This document shows, one piece after another, positions 52,563-64,000 of a stretch of DNA of 64,000 nt; within the stretch, counting starts at the first letter, position 1, and every line of letters starts with the position of its first letter. Source of the DNA: an uncultured Chloroflexia bacterium. Lineage in GTDB: Bacteria > Chloroflexota > Dehalococcoidia > DSTF01 > JALHUB01. The notes under the pieces were generated by a model. That model saw only the letters and a program-made list of their open reading frames with translations. It was not told the origin of the DNA and ran no database searches. The DNA lies in contig CAVSBT010000016.1 in NCBI GenBank assembly GCA_963726245.1, forward strand, positions 1 to 64,000, read 5' to 3'. Made by a program: the position numbers and the translations under genes.

Positions 52563-52955
52563 CTACCGCTTGGTGTACTGAGGGGCCTTACGAGCCCGCT
52601 TGAGGCCGTACTTCTTCCGTTCCTTCTCGCGGGGGTCGCGCGTGAGGAGGCCATTGCGGCGTAGGACAGGCTTCAGGTTCTCGTCGGCTGCTACCAGGGC
52701 GCGGGCGATGCCGTGGGAGATGGCACCCGCCCAGCCGCTGATACCGCCGCCCTCAACCTTGATCTGGGCGTTGAACTTCTCCTGGCTCTCCGTCACCGCC
52801 AGCGGTCGCAGTATGGCCTCCCGGTGCACGGGGCGCACGAAGAGCTCGTCCATGGGCTTGCCGTTGATGACGACGGCGCCTGTCCCCGGGTAGAGGCGCA
52901 CCCTCGCCACCGATCTCTTGCGTCGGCCGGTGCCGTAGTGATACTGCTGCTGCAA
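52563..52955 (-). CDS. rpsI: 30S ribosomal protein S9
   Basis: GTGRRKRSVARV and KYGLKRARKAPQYTKR. Confidence 0.97.
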   Translation of the reverse strand: MQQQYHYGTGRRKRSVARVRLYPGTGAVVINGKPMDELFVRPVHREAILRPLAVTESQEKFNAQIKVEGGGISGWAGAISHGIARALVAADENLKPVLRRNGLLTRDPREKERKKYGLKRARKAPQYTKR

Positions 52956-52965
52956 GGCGCTTCTC

Positions 52966-53478
52966 CTAGGCCTCCGGGGCCTGCTCCGGGGTCTGCTCCG
53001 CCGCCGGCTCCACTACCTGCCCGTCCGGCCCGCCGTCGGCGGGGGCCTGCCGGCGCTTCTCGCTGGCCCTTACCTGAGACTCGTGGGGGTGATCAGGGCC
53101 AGCATACACCTTCAGGTGATGGTAGATGGCCCGGCCCAGGCGGTTATGGGGCAGCATGCCCTTCACCGCCCGTTCGATGACGCGGGTGGGACGGCGGGCC
53201 AGCAGCTTATCCAGGCTCTCCACCTTCAGGCCGCCCGGGTACCCTGAGTGGCGATAGTACATCTTCTGCTGTCGCTTGCGGCCGGTGACCCGTATCTTCG
53301 CCGCATTGACCACGACCACGCTGTCGCCCATGTCCAAGTGCGGCGCGTACGTTGGCTTGTGCTTGCCGCGCAGCAGGCTGGCCACCTCCGTGGCGAGGCG
53401 GCCCAGCGTCTGCCCTGCCGCGTCCACCACGTGCCAGTCGCGGGTGATCTCTCGAGCCTTTGGGCTATAGGTCTTCAT
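52966..53478 (-). CDS. rplM: 50S ribosomal protein L13
   Basis: WHVVDA..LGRLA, GKHKP and HSGYPGG motifs. Confidence 0.97.
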   Translation of the reverse strand: MKTYSPKAREITRDWHVVDAAGQTLGRLATEVASLLRGKHKPTYAPHLDMGDSVVVVNAAKIRVTGRKRQQKMYYRHSGYPGGLKVESLDKLLARRPTRVIERAVKGMLPHNRLGRAIYHHLKVYAGPDHPHESQVRASEKRRQAPADGGPDGQVVEPAAEQTPEQAPEA

Positions 53479-54284
53479 GTCACTGTCTCACAGGGCGGGC
53501 CTTCCCGCCCGCCTGGTGGGCTCAGGTCGAGCCCCGGATAGTTCACTCTCATCAGGCAGAGCCCTTGCGGCGGCGCCGCCGGTCCGGCGACCCCGGATTC
53601 CGGCTTGCGCAGCAGGGCCGCCAGCTCTGCCGCCGATTGCCGGCCCAACCCTACCTGCACCAGCGCCCCCACCGTACGCCGCACCTGGTGGGGGAGGAAG
53701 GCGTCAGCCTCCATGTACAGGACCAGCAGCCGCCCCCAGGCCTTCAGCTCGCACCGGTGCAGCGAGCGGACCGTGCTGCCGGCCACCGGGCCGGCGAAGG
53801 CGGCGAAGTCGTGCCGGCCCACCAGCAGCGCGGCCGCGTTTCGCATGGCCTCCAGGCCCAACTGCTCCGCCACCTGCCAGGTGAAGGCCCCGAGCAGGGG
53901 CGAGGGCAGCGGGCTGTTGAGAACCAGGTAGCGGTACTCGCGGCTGCGGGCCCGCCGCCGCACATCGAAGTCCAGGGGCATCTCTAGTGCCCGCTGGACC
54001 GCGATATCGGCAGGCAGCCAGTGGTTCAGCCCGCGGACAAAGACCTCCGGCTCATGGTGGGAGCCGGTCACGAACGAGGCCACCTGTCCCCGAGCGTGTA
54101 CCCCTGCGTCGGTGCGGCCGGCGAAGGCCACCCGCACTGACTCGCCTGTTAGCTTGTTAAGGGCTGCCTCCAGCTCGCCCTGGATGCTGGGGGCGTTCTT
54201 CTGATACTGTGAGCCGCTATAGCGGCGACCGTCGTACTCCAGGACCAGGGCCAGCCGTCGCGCTCCCGGCCCTTGCGAGGCCAC
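53475..54284 (-). CDS. truA: tRNA pseudouridine(38-40) synthase
   Basis: [20 protein letters not shown] and APPQGL motifs. Confidence 0.94.
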   Translation of the reverse strand: MASQGPGARRLALVLEYDGRRYSGSQYQKNAPSIQGELEAALNKLTGESVRVAFAGRTDAGVHARGQVASFVTGSHHEPEVFVRGLNHWLPADIAVQRALEMPLDFDVRRRARSREYRYLVLNSPLPSPLLGAFTWQVAEQLGLEAMRNAAALLVGRHDFAAFAGPVAGSTVRSLHRCELKAWGRLLVLYMEADAFLPHQVRRTVGALVQVGLGRQSAAELAALLRKPESGVAGPAAPPQGLCLMRVNYPGLDLSPPGGREGPPCETVT

Positions 54285-54296
54285 GGCTCTGACCGG

Positions 54297-54647
54297 CTAC
54301 ACCAGCTCTAGCTGGGCCATAGCTGCCCCGTCGCCCTGGCGTGGGCCCAGCTTGACGATGCGCGTGTAGCCGCCGTGGCGGGTCGCGTATCGCGGCCCGA
54401 TCTCCTCGAAGACCTTCTTCACCACCTTGGGGTCGGTGACGAATCGATGCGCCCGCCGACGGGAGGGCAGGCTGCCCTCCTTCCCCAGGGTGATGATACG
54501 CTCCGCCATCCCCTGCACCTCCCTGGCCTTGGCCTCGGTGGTGCGGATCTTCTCATAGCGCAGGAGGTCCACCACCTGACCGCGCAGCAGGGCCAACCGC
54601 TGATCGGTGGGCCTGTTCAGCTTGCGTCCGGCAATACGGTGTCTCAT
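54297..54647 (-). CDS. rplQ: 50S ribosomal protein L17
   Basis: [18 protein letters not shown] and GGYTRI motifs. Confidence 0.96.
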   Translation of the reverse strand: MRHRIAGRKLNRPTDQRLALLRGQVVDLLRYEKIRTTEAKAREVQGMAERIITLGKEGSLPSRRRAHRFVTDPKVVKKVFEEIGPRYATRHGGYTRIVKLGPRQGDGAAMAQLELV

Positions 54648-54663
54648 CTCTGCGCAGGCCCGT

Positions 54664-55878
54664 TCAGGCTTGCTGGTCCTCCTCTTCAACTTCCTCGCCC
54701 GCGGGAGGGCTCTCTTTTTGGCCCGCCTTCCGCAGCGCCTGGGCGAGCTTGGCGCCCAGGCTGCCCAGCTCCTCCTCGACCTCGCCCGTCGGGGCCTCCG
54801 CCGTGCTCTCTACGGCGGCGTCGGCTCTGGCCTTGGGCTTCGCTTCCCGCTTGGGCCGCGCCGGCAAGACGATCTCCTCCGGCACCTCCTCGATGTCCTC
54901 CTCCGGCACCTCGAACTCGACCTCAATCTCCTCCATGGCGGCCTCGGACAGGAAGCCCATCTCGATGAGCTTGTCCTTCAGCTCCTCGTAGGACTTGCGG
55001 CCGAAGTTGCGCAGAGCCAGAAGCTCGTCCTCACTCTTCTCTAGCACCTGGCCCACAGTCATGAGTCCGCTGCGCTTGAGGCAGTTGTAGGCACGTACCG
55101 ATAGGTTGAGCTCTTCGATCGGCGTGTTGTAGCGGTCCGGTTCCAGGGCAGCGCCCGTGCCCAGGCCTCGCGCCACGACGGCAGCCTGAGGCTTGCCGAG
55201 CTGGCCAAAGAGAGCGAACTGGCCCAGAAGGATGTCGGCTGCCTGGCTCACTGCCTCGACGCCCGTGACGGTGCCGTCGGTCCAGACCTCGAGCACGAGG
55301 CGGTCGTAGTGGGTGACCTGCCCCACGCGGGTGCGCTCAACGGCGAAGTTCACTCTGCGGACCGGCGTGAAGATAGCGTCCACCGGTATGACGCCAATGG
55401 GCGTGCCGTCCGTCTGGCGTCCGGCAGGCACCCAGCCGCGGCCTCTCTCCACGTTGAACTCCACAGTCAGGTGAGCTTCCGCCGAGTCCAGGGTGGCCAG
55501 GTGCAGCTCTGGGTTGACGAATCTCGTAGTCGGCCGTCACCTGGATATCGCCCGCCAGGATCCTGCCCTCGCCGCGGCCTTCTAAGTAGAGCTTGGCCGG
55601 ACGATCGGAGAGAGCCCGGAGCCGGATCTCCTTGACGTTGAGTAGGAACTCGGTCGTGTCCTCCTTCATGTGCGGGATGGTGGAGAACTCGTGCTGCACC
55701 TCTTCGATGCGGACCGAGGTTACGGCCGCACCCGGCAGCGAGCTGAGGAGCACCCGGCGGAGGGCATTGCCCAGCGTGACGCCGAAGCCGGCTTCCACGG
55801 GCTCCGCCACCAGGCGTGCGTAGCCTTCGCCCTCCTCTTCCACCTCGATGTTGGGTGTCACCAGCTCTGAGAGAGCAA
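54664..55878 (-). CDS. rpoA: RNA polymerase alpha subunit (frameshift ~55520; acidic C-terminal extension; start approximate)
   Basis: [30 protein letters not shown] and [11 protein letters not shown] motifs. Confidence 0.95.
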
Positions 55879-55979
55879 ACGCCTCCCCAGGGCCGGCGCC
55901 CACCTCCCCGCTCGACCAGCCGGCCTCGACGCCTCCTCGACCGGAGGTCGAGAGTCCGCCACCACCCCAAAGTGGTTGC

Positions 55980-56606
55980 CTATCGTGAGTAGAATTCGAC
56001 AATGACGCTGGCATCAAACTTCGCTTCGGTATCGCCCAGACCGGGCGGACTCAGCACGCGCCCCACCATGGCTTCGGTGTCCAAGTTCAGCCATCCAGGG
56101 ACGCGCGCACTCTTCGCCATTTGCTGCGCTATTTTGAAAGCCTCCGTTTCCTTGCTGGGTGCTCGCCAGCCGATGACGTCGCCGGCCTTCACCTGGCAGG
56201 AAGGCACGTCGGTCTTCCGGCCGTTGAGGAGGATATGGCCGTGACGGACCACCTGGCGGGCCTGGGAACGGGAATCGGCGAAACCCAGACGGTAGATCAC
56301 GTTGTCGAGACGCATCTCCAGCAGACGCAGGAGGTTCTCTCCCGTGACGCCCGGCCGGTGCACGGCTTCCCGATAGTAGCGACGGAACTGGCGCTCCATG
56401 ATGCCGTAGCTGTAGCGCGCCTTCTGCTTCTCGCGAAGCTGGAGGGCGCGGTCGGACACCCGGCGCCGCCGCGGGCTGCGGTTCCCCGGGGGAGTGGGGC
56501 GCTTCTCGAAGGCGCACTTCGGGCCGAAGCAGCGCTCCCCCTTCAGCATGAGCTTGTCGCCGTAGCGGCGACAGAGCCTACAGACCGGTCCGGTGTATCG
56601 AGCCAT
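55980..56606 (-). CDS. rpsD: 30S ribosomal protein S4
   Basis: [14 protein letters not shown] and [13 protein letters not shown]. Confidence 0.97.
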   Translation of the reverse strand: MARYTGPVCRLCRRYGDKLMLKGERCFGPKCAFEKRPTPPGNRSPRRRRVSDRALQLREKQKARYSYGIMERQFRRYYREAVHRPGVTGENLLRLLEMRLDNVIYRLGFADSRSQARQVVRHGHILLNGRKTDVPSCQVKAGDVIGWRAPSKETEAFKIAQQMAKSARVPGWLNLDTEAMVGRVLSPPGLGDTEAKFDASVIVEFYSR

Positions 56607-56631
56607 TCAAAGACCCCCGCTAAAGCCCCGT

Positions 56632-57024
56632 CTATACGCGGCGCCGCTTGGGTGGCCGGCAGCCGTTGTGAGGTATGGGCGTCATGTCGCGAATGCTTAG
56701 GATCGAGATCCCCGCCGCCTGGAGCGAGCGGATGGCGGCCTCCCGGCCGCTGCCCGGCCCCCGCACGAAGACGTCCACCTGCCGCATGCCGTGCTCCATG
56801 GCTCGGCGGGCCGCCGCCTCCGCCGCCATCTGGGCGGCGAATGGGGTGCTCTTGCGCGAGCCCTTGAAGCCCGCGGAGCCGGCGCTACTCCAGGCCACGA
56901 CGTTCCCGTTAGGGTCCGTCATGGTGATAAGCGTGTTGTTGAACGTGGACTGTATGTAGGCGCGACCCCGCGGCACGGACTTCCGTTCCCGCCTTCGCGC
57001 TCGAGTCTTCTTCTTCTCTGCCAT
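56632..57024 (-). CDS. rpsK: 30S ribosomal protein S11
   Basis: [19 protein letters not shown] and [10 protein letters not shown] motifs. Confidence 0.97.
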   Translation of the reverse strand: MAEKKKTRARRRERKSVPRGRAYIQSTFNNTLITMTDPNGNVVAWSSAGSAGFKGSRKSTPFAAQMAAEAAARRAMEHGMRQVDVFVRGPGSGREAAIRSLQAAGISILSIRDMTPIPHNGCRPPKRRRV

Positions 57025-57052
57025 TCCGTTTCCTCAGGTCTCAGCAGCCAGG

Positions 57053-57436
57053 TTACTTCTTGGCGACAGAGCGACGCTTGCCGGCCACCGTCCGGCGGGC
57101 GCCTCGCTTCGTGCGGGCGTTGGTGCGGGTGCGCTGTCCGTGCACCGGCAGCCCGCGACGGTGGCGCATGCCGCGGTAGCAGTTGATCTCGATCAGGCGC
57201 TGGATGTTCTGCCTCACCTCGCGCCGCAGGTCGCCTTCCACCGTGTACCCACGGTCGATGTTCTCCCGGATGCTGGTCACCTCGTCATCGGTGAGGTCCC
57301 GCACGCGGGTCTCCGGCGAGACTTTGGCGGCGGCGACGATCCGGCTGGCCAGGGTGGGGCCGATGCCGTAGATGTAGCGCAAGGCGATGTCGACCCGCTT
57401 ATCCCTGGGGATGTCTACACCGGCAATACGTGCCAT
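57053..57436 (-). CDS. rpsM: 30S ribosomal protein S13
   Basis: [10 protein letters not shown] and [15 protein letters not shown]. Confidence 0.97.
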   Translation of the reverse strand: MARIAGVDIPRDKRVDIALRYIYGIGPTLASRIVAAAKVSPETRVRDLTDDEVTSIRENIDRGYTVEGDLRREVRQNIQRLIEINCYRGMRHRRGLPVHGQRTRTNARTKRGARRTVAGKRRSVAKK

Positions 57437-57475
57437 GTCACCTCCTAGCCCGCACGCAGCGTGGAGTGTCCAATC

Positions 57476-57589
57476 CTAGCCCTGGCGCTGCTTGTGCTTC
57501 GGATTCTCACAGATAATCCTAAGCACGCCACGGCGCCGGATCAGCTTGCATTTCTCGCAGCGCGGCTTTACCGATGCCCTTACCTTCAT
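57476..57589 (-). CDS. rpmJ: 50S ribosomal protein L36 (not in the ORF track)
   Basis: Manual translation [37 protein letters not shown]. Confidence 0.95.
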   Translation of the reverse strand: MKVRASVKPRCEKCKLIRRRGVLRIICENPKHKQRQG

Positions 57590-57599
57590 CGAACTCTCT

Positions 57600-57818
57600 C
57601 TACTTGAACCGGTAGGTTATGCGGCCCCGGCTCAGGTCGTAGGGCGAAAGCTCCACCAGCACCCGGTCTCCAGGCAGGATCTTGATGAAGTGGAGCCTTA
57701 TCTTGCCCGAGATGTGCGCCAGCACCTGGTGGCCGTTGGGCAGCTCAACGCGGAACATGGCGTTGGGCAAGGGTTCCTTCACCAGCCCCTCGACCTCTAT
57801 TGCTTCCTTTTTCCCCAT
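57600..57818 (-). CDS. infA: Translation initiation factor IF-1
   Basis: [10 protein letters not shown] and [12 protein letters not shown]. Confidence 0.97.
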   Translation of the reverse strand: MGKKEAIEVEGLVKEPLPNAMFRVELPNGHQVLAHISGKIRLHFIKILPGDRVLVELSPYDLSRGRITYRFK

Positions 57819-57838
57819 TCTCCCATCCGTTCCCTGTC

Positions 57839-58588
57839 TCAGGGAAGGGTCAGAACCTGCGCCTCGCCATCCGTGATGGCGATGGTGTGCTCGAAGTGGG
57901 CCGACAGGCTGCCGTCAAGGGTGCTGACCGTCCAGTTGTCGCTGTCACGCTTCGTGCGCCAGTCGCCGACGTTCACCATGGGCTCCAGAGCCAGCACCAT
58001 CCCCTTGCTGAGGATGGGACCCCGGTCCGGCGGGCCGTAGTTGGGCACCTGAGGCTCCTCGTGCATCTCCCGTCCGACGCCATGGCCCACGTACTCACGC
58101 ACCACCGAGAAGCCCGCGCCCTCGGCGTGGCGCTGGATGGCGAAGGAGACGGCCCCCAGCGGCGCACCGGCCCGGGCCGCCGCGATCCCCTTCCAGAGCG
58201 CCTCCTCCGTGGTCTTGACGAGACGCTCCGCCTCGGGGCTGATGCGGCCCACTCCGACGGTGATGGCCGCGTCACCCACGAAGCCGCGATGTGTGGCACC
58301 CAGGTCTATGCTGACGATATCTCCTTCTTGGAGGACTCTGTCCCCCGGGATGCCGTGCACTATCTGGTCGTTCACCGACACGCAGACGGTGGCCGGGTAG
58401 CCGTGATAGCCAAGAAAGGTTGGCGTCACCTCCCGCGCCGTGAACTCACGCCGGACGATGTCGTCCAGCTCCTTGACGACAAGCCCAGGACGAATCTCCT
58501 TCTTCAGTATCTCCAAGACCTGCGCGACGATGCGCCCCGCCTCGCGGATGATGGCGACCTCGTCGGCCGACTTTATGATAATGGGCAT
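57839..58588 (-). CDS. map: Methionine aminopeptidase type I
   Basis: [25 protein letters not shown] and AHFEHT motifs. Confidence 0.96.
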   Translation of the reverse strand: MPIIIKSADEVAIIREAGRIVAQVLEILKKEIRPGLVVKELDDIVRREFTAREVTPTFLGYHGYPATVCVSVNDQIVHGIPGDRVLQEGDIVSIDLGATHRGFVGDAAITVGVGRISPEAERLVKTTEEALWKGIAAARAGAPLGAVSFAIQRHAEGAGFSVVREYVGHGVGREMHEEPQVPNYGPPDRGPILSKGMVLALEPMVNVGDWRTKRDSDNWTVSTLDGSLSAHFEHTIAITDGEAQVLTLP

Positions 58589-58615
58589 GAGCCGCCTTTC
58601 TAGCTCACACCCCCG

Positions 58616-59275
58616 TCAACGCGCCGGTGTCGAAGGACCCAGGCCCTTCAGCAGGGCCCGGCCCACAGCCTCTATGCCCTGCCCGCCGTCCACCTCGACC
58701 AGCTTGCCGCGCTGGCGGTAGTACTCCACCAAAGGTTCCGTGTCCCGGAAGTAGACGGTCAGGCGCCGGCGTACCGTCTCCGGCTGGTCGTCGCTCCGCT
58801 GGTACAGCTCGCCGCCGCACTGGTCGCAGCGACCGGCGGTCTTGGGCGGGCTGTTCCGCTGGTGATAGACGGCGCCACACTGGCGGCAGGTCCAGCGGCC
58901 GCCCAGGCGCTCTATCAGCTCCTCCTCACCGACCCGGATGTAGGCCACCTGGTCCACGGCCTGGCCTCGCCCGGCCAGGGCGCTGTCCAGGGCCTTGGCC
59001 TGCTCCAGGGTACGGGGGAACCCGTCCAGCATGCAGCCGCCGGCGCAGTCGGGCTGCGTCAGCCGCTCCAGGAGCATGCGGACGGTGATCTCATCGGGCA
59101 CCAGTTCGCCCCGGTCCACGTAGGCCTTGGCCTGCTGTCCCACCTCGCTGCCCGAGCGCATCGCCTCCCGGAACATGTCGCCGGTGGCGATGTGGGCAAG
59201 GTCCCGCGCTTGCGCCAGGAGCGCCGCCTGTGTACCCTTGCCGGCCCCTGGGGGCCCCAGCAGGATCAGAAACAT
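58616..59275 (-). CDS. adk: Adenylate kinase
   Basis: GPPGAGKGTQA, LDGFPR and Zn lid CRQC..CDQC. Confidence 0.97.
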   Translation of the reverse strand: MFLILLGPPGAGKGTQAALLAQARDLAHIATGDMFREAMRSGSEVGQQAKAYVDRGELVPDEITVRMLLERLTQPDCAGGCMLDGFPRTLEQAKALDSALAGRGQAVDQVAYIRVGEEELIERLGGRWTCRQCGAVYHQRNSPPKTAGRCDQCGGELYQRSDDQPETVRRRLTVYFRDTEPLVEYYRQRGKLVEVDGGQGIEAVGRALLKGLGPSTPAR

Positions 59276-59288
59276 CTGGCTACCCTCA

Positions 59289-60620
59289 TCAGCGAATGAA
59301 ACCCCCGTAGTCTCGCATCAAGAGTTGGGCCTCAAGCTGTCGCATGGTATCCAGCACCACGCCCACCACGATTATGAGCCCCGTGCTGCTGATACTTAGC
59401 TGCTGCACGTTCGTGAAGCGGGTGAAGAAGAAGGGCACCACAGCCACGAATCCCAGGAATATACCGCCGGCCCAGGTGATCCGCACCAGCACCCGCATGA
59501 TGTACTCCTGGGTGGGCCGCCCGGGTCTTATGCCGGGTATGAAGCCTCCTTGCTTTTGCAGGTTCTCGGCCAAGTTTTGCTGCTGGAAGATGACCAGCGT
59601 GTAGAAGAAAGTGAATATCACGACCAGGAAGAAGACCATGATATAGTACGGCCCTCCCCTGGGAGTGAAGATCCTCACGAGGAAGTCGGCCGTGTTCGCC
59701 ACCCAGGCCGTGCTGGAGCCCTGGAAGGCCTGGGCCGCGGCCGACGGGAAGATAACCAGCGAATAGGCGAAGATAAGCGGGATCATGCCTGCCGAGTTGA
59801 CCCGCAGCGGGATGTGGGTGGCCCCCGACTGCCGGTACATGCGCCCGCCCCGGAAGAGGCTGCGCGCGTACTGCACGGGCACCCGCCGCTGCGCCTCCTG
59901 CACGAAGACGATGGCCGCCAGCAGGCCGAAGACCAGCAATACCATGACGCCGATGCCCGCCAGGCCGGCCGAGGAGCTGGCGATGGTGGGCAGCATGCTC
60001 GGCAGGGAGGCTACTATGCCAGCGAAGATAATGATGGACACGCCGTTGCCGATGCCGTTCTCCGTGATGAGCTCGCCCAGCCAGACCAGGAACATGGTGC
60101 CGGCCGTCATGGAGATCACGGCGGCCGCCGTGGGCAGCGCCTCGCTGCCGGACACCCCTATGCCGCTGATGGCGCCCGACCGCTGCAGGACGATGAGCTG
60201 GCTGTAGCCCTGGATGACGGCCAGGGGTATGGCCAGCCAGTGGGTGTACTGCTGGATCTTGTTGTGCCCCGACTCCCCTTCCTTGGACAGCGCCTGGAGC
60301 GAGGGCACGATGGGGATCATGACCTGTAGGATGATCGAGGCCGTGATGTACGGATAGACGCCCAGAGCCGCCACGCTGAGGTTGCGCAGGGCGCCGCCGC
60401 TGAACAGGTTCAGGAAGCCCAGGACCGCGTTGTTCTCGAAGGCCTGTTTCAGGAGTTTCGGATCGATGCCGGGGATGGGCATGTGGGCCACGAACCGGAA
60501 GATGACGAGCATGGCGAAAGTGAAGAGCAGCTTTCGCCTCAGGTCCGGCTGCTGGAAGGCGTCGAAAAGCGCCTGAAGCAGCCGCGGTCGTTGGGTCTGC
60601 TGGGCCCGGGACGCGATCAC
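59289..60620 (-). CDS. secY: Preprotein translocase SecY
   Basis: [19 protein letters not shown] and FIPGIRPG motifs. Confidence 0.97.
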   Translation of the reverse strand: MIASRAQQTQRPRLLQALFDAFQQPDLRRKLLFTFAMLVIFRFVAHMPIPGIDPKLLKQAFENNAVLGFLNLFSGGALRNLSVAALGVYPYITASIILQVMIPIVPSLQALSKEGESGHNKIQQYTHWLAIPLAVIQGYSQLIVLQRSGAISGIGVSGSEALPTAAAVISMTAGTMFLVWLGELITENGIGNGVSIIIFAGIVASLPSMLPTIASSSAGLAGIGVMVLLVFGLLAAIVFVQEAQRRVPVQYARSLFRGGRMYRQSGATHIPLRVNSAGMIPLIFAYSLVIFPSAAAQAFQGSSTAWVANTADFLVRIFTPRGGPYYIMVFFLVVIFTFFYTLVIFQQQNLAENLQKQGGFIPGIRPGRPTQEYIMRVLVRITWAGGIFLGFVAVVPFFFTRFTNVQQLSISSTGLIIVVGVVLDTMRQLEAQLLMRDYGGFIR

Positions 60621-61366
60621 GCCTCTATCACCTCTGCCGTGCCTTCGGCCGGCTCGACCACCTCTGCCTTACGTCGGGCGGCCTTCCTTACCTTTGCCTT
60701 GCCTCCAGCGGCCTCCGGCACCTCTGCCTCTTCCGCCGGCTCGACCACCTCTGCCTTAGCTTCGGCCGCCTCCGTCACCTCTGCCTTGGCTCCGGCGGCC
60801 TCCGGCACCTCCGCCGTGCCTTCCGCCGGCTCGACCACCTCTGCCTTGCGTCGGGCGGCCTTTTTCACCTCTGTCTTGGCTCCGACAGCCTCTATCACCT
60901 CTGCCTCGGCTCCGACGGCCCCTATCACCTCTGCCTTGCCACCGGCCGCCTCGATCTTCTCGCGTGCGGCCGCCGAGAACTTATGCGCATGCACGGTCAA
61001 GGCGCCTTCCAGGTCGCCCTGGCCCAGGACCTTGACCGGCTTCTTGAGATTCTTGATGACGCCCGCCCGCACGAGCGCTTCCGGCGTGACATCGCTACCG
61101 GTTGGGAAGCGGCTGGGCAGGCTGCTCAGGTTCACCTCCGCGTACTCGACGCGAAAGATGTTGGTGAAGCCGCGCTTGCGCGACAGGCGCCGGATCAGAG
61201 GGAGTTGCCCTCCCTCGAAGCCGAGGTGCAGTCCGGGGCCGCTGCGAGCCTTCTGGCCCTTGAGTCCCCGACCCGAATACGTACCGTGGCCGCTGGCGTT
61301 GCCACGGCCCACGCGCTTGCGCTTGTGCTTGGCGCCCCTCGGTGGCCGCAGGTCATTCTGTAGCAT
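60617..61366 (-). CDS. rplO: 50S ribosomal protein L15 with ~100-aa tandem-repeat C-terminal extension
   Basis: [19 protein letters not shown] and [10 protein letters not shown], followed by xAEV-containing 10-aa repeats. Confidence 0.95.
   Translation of the reverse strand: MLQNDLRPPRGAKHKRKRVGRGNASGHGTYSGRGLKGQKARSGPGLHLGFEGGQLPLIRRLSRKRGFTNIFRVEYAEVNLSSLPSRFPTGSDVTPEALVRAGVIKNLKKPVKVLGQGDLEGALTVHAHKFSAAAREKIEAAGGKAEVIGAVGAEAEVIEAVGAKTEVKKAARRKAEVVEPAEGTAEVPEAAGAKAEVTEAAEAKAEVVEPAEEAEVPEAAGGKAKVRKAARRKAEVVEPAEGTAEVIEA
60620..60945 (-). repeat. ~30-bp coding tandem repeat, about 11 units
   Basis: Recurrent ACCTCTGCC core; units [30 protein letters not shown], etc. Confidence 0.85.
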
Positions 61367-61369
61367 CGG

Positions 61370-61555
61370 CTACTCGCTGACCTCCTCGACGGCCACCAGG
61401 TGCTTCACTTTGGTGATCATACCACGCACCGAACGTGAATCGCTATGTTCGACGGTCTGGCCCAGGCGTCGCAGCCCCAGGGCCTCGATCGTCCTCTTCT
61501 GGTCCATCTGGTAGCCAATGGCGCTCTTCTTCCAGGTGATCCTAAGCCGGCCCAC
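61370..61555 (-). CDS. rpmD: 50S ribosomal protein L30
   Basis: [27 protein letters not shown]. Confidence 0.95.
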   Translation of the reverse strand: MGRLRITWKKSAIGYQMDQKRTIEALGLRRLGQTVEHSDSRSVRGMITKVKHLVAVEEVSE

Positions 61556-62072
61556 GAGAAGCCTCCGCGGCTTTCGCCGCCGCCCGGCGACGCGCCAGTT
61601 CCACTCGCGGCTCGCGCATGTTCTGCAGGCCCTGCATGGTGGCCTTGACCACGTTGATGGGGTTGGCGCTGCCCAGGGACTTGGTAAGGATGTCCTTGAT
61701 GCCCGCAGCCTCGACGACGGCCCGAACGCCCCCTCCAGCGATGGCGCCCGTCCCCGCTGAGGCCGGCTTCATCAAGACCTTGGCCGCGCCATAGCGAGCC
61801 AGCACCGGGTGGGGGATGGTGGTCCCAACCATAGGTACCTGGATCAGGTTCTTGCGGGCGATGGCCGCCCCCTTGCGGATCGCCTCTGGCACCTCGTTGG
61901 CTTTGCCCAGGCCGGCCCCCACGCGTCCCTGTCCGTCTCCTACAACCACCACGGCGCTGAAACTGAAGCGGCGGCCGCCCTTGACCACCTTGGAGACGCG
62001 GTTGATGTACACAACCTTCTCTGTCAGCTCCAGCTTGCGAGCGTCGCTATCATCAAACGGCGTTGTTACCAT
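61542..62072 (-). CDS. rpsE: 30S ribosomal protein S5
   Basis: [16 protein letters not shown] and [10 protein letters not shown]. Confidence 0.97.
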   Translation of the reverse strand: MVTTPFDDSDARKLELTEKVVYINRVSKVVKGGRRFSFSAVVVVGDGQGRVGAGLGKANEVPEAIRKGAAIARKNLIQVPMVGTTIPHPVLARYGAAKVLMKPASAGTGAIAGGGVRAVVEAAGIKDILTKSLGSANPINVVKATMQGLQNMREPRVELARRRAAAKAAEASRGPA

Positions 62073-62082
62073 GCCTGTATCC

Positions 62083-62451
62083 TCAGAACTTCAGGCCCGC
62101 CTCGCGAGCAGCCTCGGCCAGGGCCTTCACTCGACCGTGGTACTTGTACCCTCCCCGGTCGAAGACGATCTCCTTGATGCCCTTCTCCAGGGCGCGCTGT
62201 CCCACCAGTTTGCCGACCAGCGCGGCCCGACCTGTCTTGCGTGTGCCGTCGACGCTGGCCCGCGCCTCCTTCTCCAGGTCCGATGCGGCAACCAGCGTTC
62301 GCCCGCTCTCGTCGTCGATCACCTGAGCGTAGATGTGGGACAGGCTGCGGAAGATACAGAGCCGGGGACGGCTCGCCGTGCCTTCCACCCGCTTTCTGAC
62401 CCGGACGTGGCGCCGCCGGCGCGCCGCCCAGGCGGTGTTACCGCTTTTCAT
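62083..62451 (-). CDS. rplR: 50S ribosomal protein L18
   Basis: RPRLCIFRS and [12 protein letters not shown]. Confidence 0.97.
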   Translation of the reverse strand: MKSGNTAWAARRRRHVRVRKRVEGTASRPRLCIFRSLSHIYAQVIDDESGRTLVAASDLEKEARASVDGTRKTGRAALVGKLVGQRALEKGIKEIVFDRGGYKYHGRVKALAEAAREAGLKF

Positions 62452-62462
62452 CTATGCCCGCG

Positions 62463-63008
62463 TCACCTGACGGCCTTGCCCGCCTTACCGGCCTTGCGTC
62501 GCACGTGCTCACCGGCGTAGCGAATGCCCTTGCCCTTGTACGGCTCGGGAGGACGTACGCGGCGGATCTCCGCCGCCACCTGTCCAACCTTCTCTTTGTC
62601 GATGCCGCGCACATGGATGCGGTTCGTCCCTTCCACTTCCAGGCTGATGCCCTCCGGGGGCGCGATCTCCACCGTGTGGGAGAGCCCCACGGAGAGGACG
62701 AGCCGGTCACCCTGCTGTTGCGCGCGGTAGCCCACTCCCTGCATCTCCAGCGTCTTCGTGAACCCCTTCTGGACGCCGATCACCATGTTGGCCACCAGCG
62801 TCCGTGTGAGCCCGTGGAGGGAACGGTGACGGGGCGCGTCGCTGGGGCGCGCCACTCTCAGCTCGCCCTCCCCCAGATGAAGGAGCATTTCGGGGTGAAG
62901 ATCGCGCGAAAGCTCACCGCGGGGCCCCTTCACTGTGACGTGGTTCCCCTCGATCTCCACCTTCACGTCAGGCGAGACGGCTATCGGCAGTCGACCTACG
63001 CGAGACAT
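62463..63008 (-). CDS. rplF: 50S ribosomal protein L6
   Basis: MSRVGRLPI and [11 protein letters not shown]. Confidence 0.97.
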   Translation of the reverse strand: MSRVGRLPIAVSPDVKVEIEGNHVTVKGPRGELSRDLHPEMLLHLGEGELRVARPSDAPRHRSLHGLTRTLVANMVIGVQKGFTKTLEMQGVGYRAQQQGDRLVLSVGLSHTVEIAPPEGISLEVEGTNRIHVRGIDKEKVGQVAAEIRRVRPPEPYKGKGIRYAGEHVRRKAGKAGKAVR

Positions 63009-63021
63009 CTCCCTGATTCAC

Positions 63022-63420
63022 CTACCAGACGTAGCAGAGCAGCTCGCCACCTATCCGCTGGCGCCAGGCCTGCTGCCCCGTCATCACTCCCTGAGGAGTG
63101 GACATGATGGCGATGCCCAGACCGCCGTACACGCGCGGAATCTCCCCGTTCTGCACGTAGACCCGCAGGCCGGGCTTGCTCACTCTTCGAATGCCGCTGA
63201 GAAGGGACTCCTTCTTTCCCACGTAGACGAGTTGGATTCGCAACGTCTTGCGCGGGCCCTCCTCCTTGGTCTCAAAGTCACGAATGAACCCCTCCTCCTT
63301 GAGCACACGGGCTATGGCCACCTTGAGCTTGGAGGCGGGGACGTTGACGTAGTCGTGCTTGGCCGCCACCGCGTTGCGGATGCGGGTCAGCATATCGGCG
63401 ATTGGGTCTGTCATGTTCAT
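63022..63420 (-). CDS. rpsH: 30S ribosomal protein S8
   Basis: [14 protein letters not shown] and SKPGLRVY. Confidence 0.97.
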   Translation of the reverse strand: MNMTDPIADMLTRIRNAVAAKHDYVNVPASKLKVAIARVLKEEGFIRDFETKEEGPRKTLRIQLVYVGKKESLLSGIRRVSKPGLRVYVQNGEIPRVYGGLGIAIMSTPQGVMTGQQAWRQRIGGELLCYVW

Positions 63421-63486
63421 CGCTGGCTCCCTCCTGTGGCGGAGGCGGTACGGAGACCGCCCGTGGCCTCTAGAGCCAACACCTGC

Positions 63487-63672
63487 CTACCAGCTAGACT
63501 TCTGTACTCCCGGCAACTGACCCTCCAGGGCCAGGTGGCGGAAGCATATGCGGCACATGCCGAACAACCGGATGAAGGCGCGGGGGCGGCCGCAGAGGCG
63601 ACAACGGTTCCTCTGGCGAGACTGATACTTGGCGGGCCGCCGGGCCCTGACGATCTTGGATATCTTTGCCAA
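63487..63672 (-). CDS. rpsN: 30S ribosomal protein S14, type Z (zinc-binding)
   Basis: [15 protein letters not shown]. Confidence 0.95.
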   Translation of the reverse strand: MAKISKIVRARRPAKYQSRQRNRCRLCGRPRAFIRLFGMCRICFRHLALEGQLPGVQKSSW

Positions 63673-63686
63673 CTTCCTCGCGCCCC

Positions 63687-64000
63687 CTAATTACGGCTAA
63701 ATGGCATCCCCAGGAGCTGCAGCAGCCGCTTGCCCTCTTCGTCGTTGCGGGCGGTGGTAACCAGCGTCATCTGCAGCCCACGGATGTGGTCTATCTTGTC
63801 GTACTCGATCTCCGGGAAGATAAGCTGCTCCCGGATGCCCAGGGTGTAGTTGCCGCGGCCGTCGAAGCCCTTGTTGGAGACGCCGTGGAAGTCACGGATG
63901 CGCGGCAGAGCGGCGTTCACCATCCGGTCGATGAACTCCCACATGCGGTCACCGCGCACCGTCACCATCAGTCCGATGGCGTTACCCTCCCGGATCTTGA
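63687..64000 (-). CDS. rplE: 50S ribosomal protein L5, C-terminal part
   Basis: [19 protein letters not shown] and FPEIEYD motifs. Confidence 0.95.
   Translation of the reverse strand, partial: KIREGNAIGLMVTVRGDRMWEFIDRMVNAALPRIRDFHGVSNKGFDGRGNYTLGIREQLIFPEIEYDKIDHIRGLQMTLVTTARNDEEGKRLLQLLGMPFSRN

Noticed and set aside
60620-60945. CRISPR array
   Set aside because: The degenerate 30-bp units have no unique spacers, are in frame within rplO, and have no cas genes nearby.

Overview
High-GC bacterial chromosome segment. It is most likely Chloroflexota (Dehalococcoidia-like), an inference from the dnaB-dnaD-tandem-AAA dnaC block, Gram-positive-type SOS boxes and recalled lineage-typical hypothetical proteins. 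Many single-base frameshifts hit even essential genes (rpoA, metK, ahcY, purL), so this looks like an error-prone long-read assembly and pseudogene calls are unreliable. Housekeeping content: an mshA/mshB-like cluster with folE, ruvB, a heterodimeric ABC exporter, rimI-yqeY-pgpH, purQ/purL, rplI-dnaB-dnaD-dnaC, moaDE, comF, a SAM-I riboswitch-led mtnA-mtnP-ahcY-metK operon, sugar-phosphate enzymes, and the spc/alpha ribosomal operon. The standout is 6990-16076, a compact phage-derived head-packaging module: TerS-like, TerL, portal, a scaffold/adaptor-like ORF, a beta-propeller/hub-like protein and an OB-fold spike-like protein. No integrase, replication, tape-measure, sheath or endolysin genes are recognisable. 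It is driven by two similar sigma70 promoters that each carry a LexA-like box, making it a candidate DNA-damage-inducible gene transfer agent (GTA)-like system. Here the major capsid gene is absent, apparently deleted with an in-frame fusion, and an SPL-like radical SAM + TcmP cassette is inserted in the opposite orientation. Other accessory items: a stand-alone AAA-wHTH ATPase, a HipA-like kinase + DUF3037 pair, a RAYT transposase with REPs, a DUF4389 triplet, and a tandem-repeat-expanded L15. No database searches were run; all family calls come from motif recognition.
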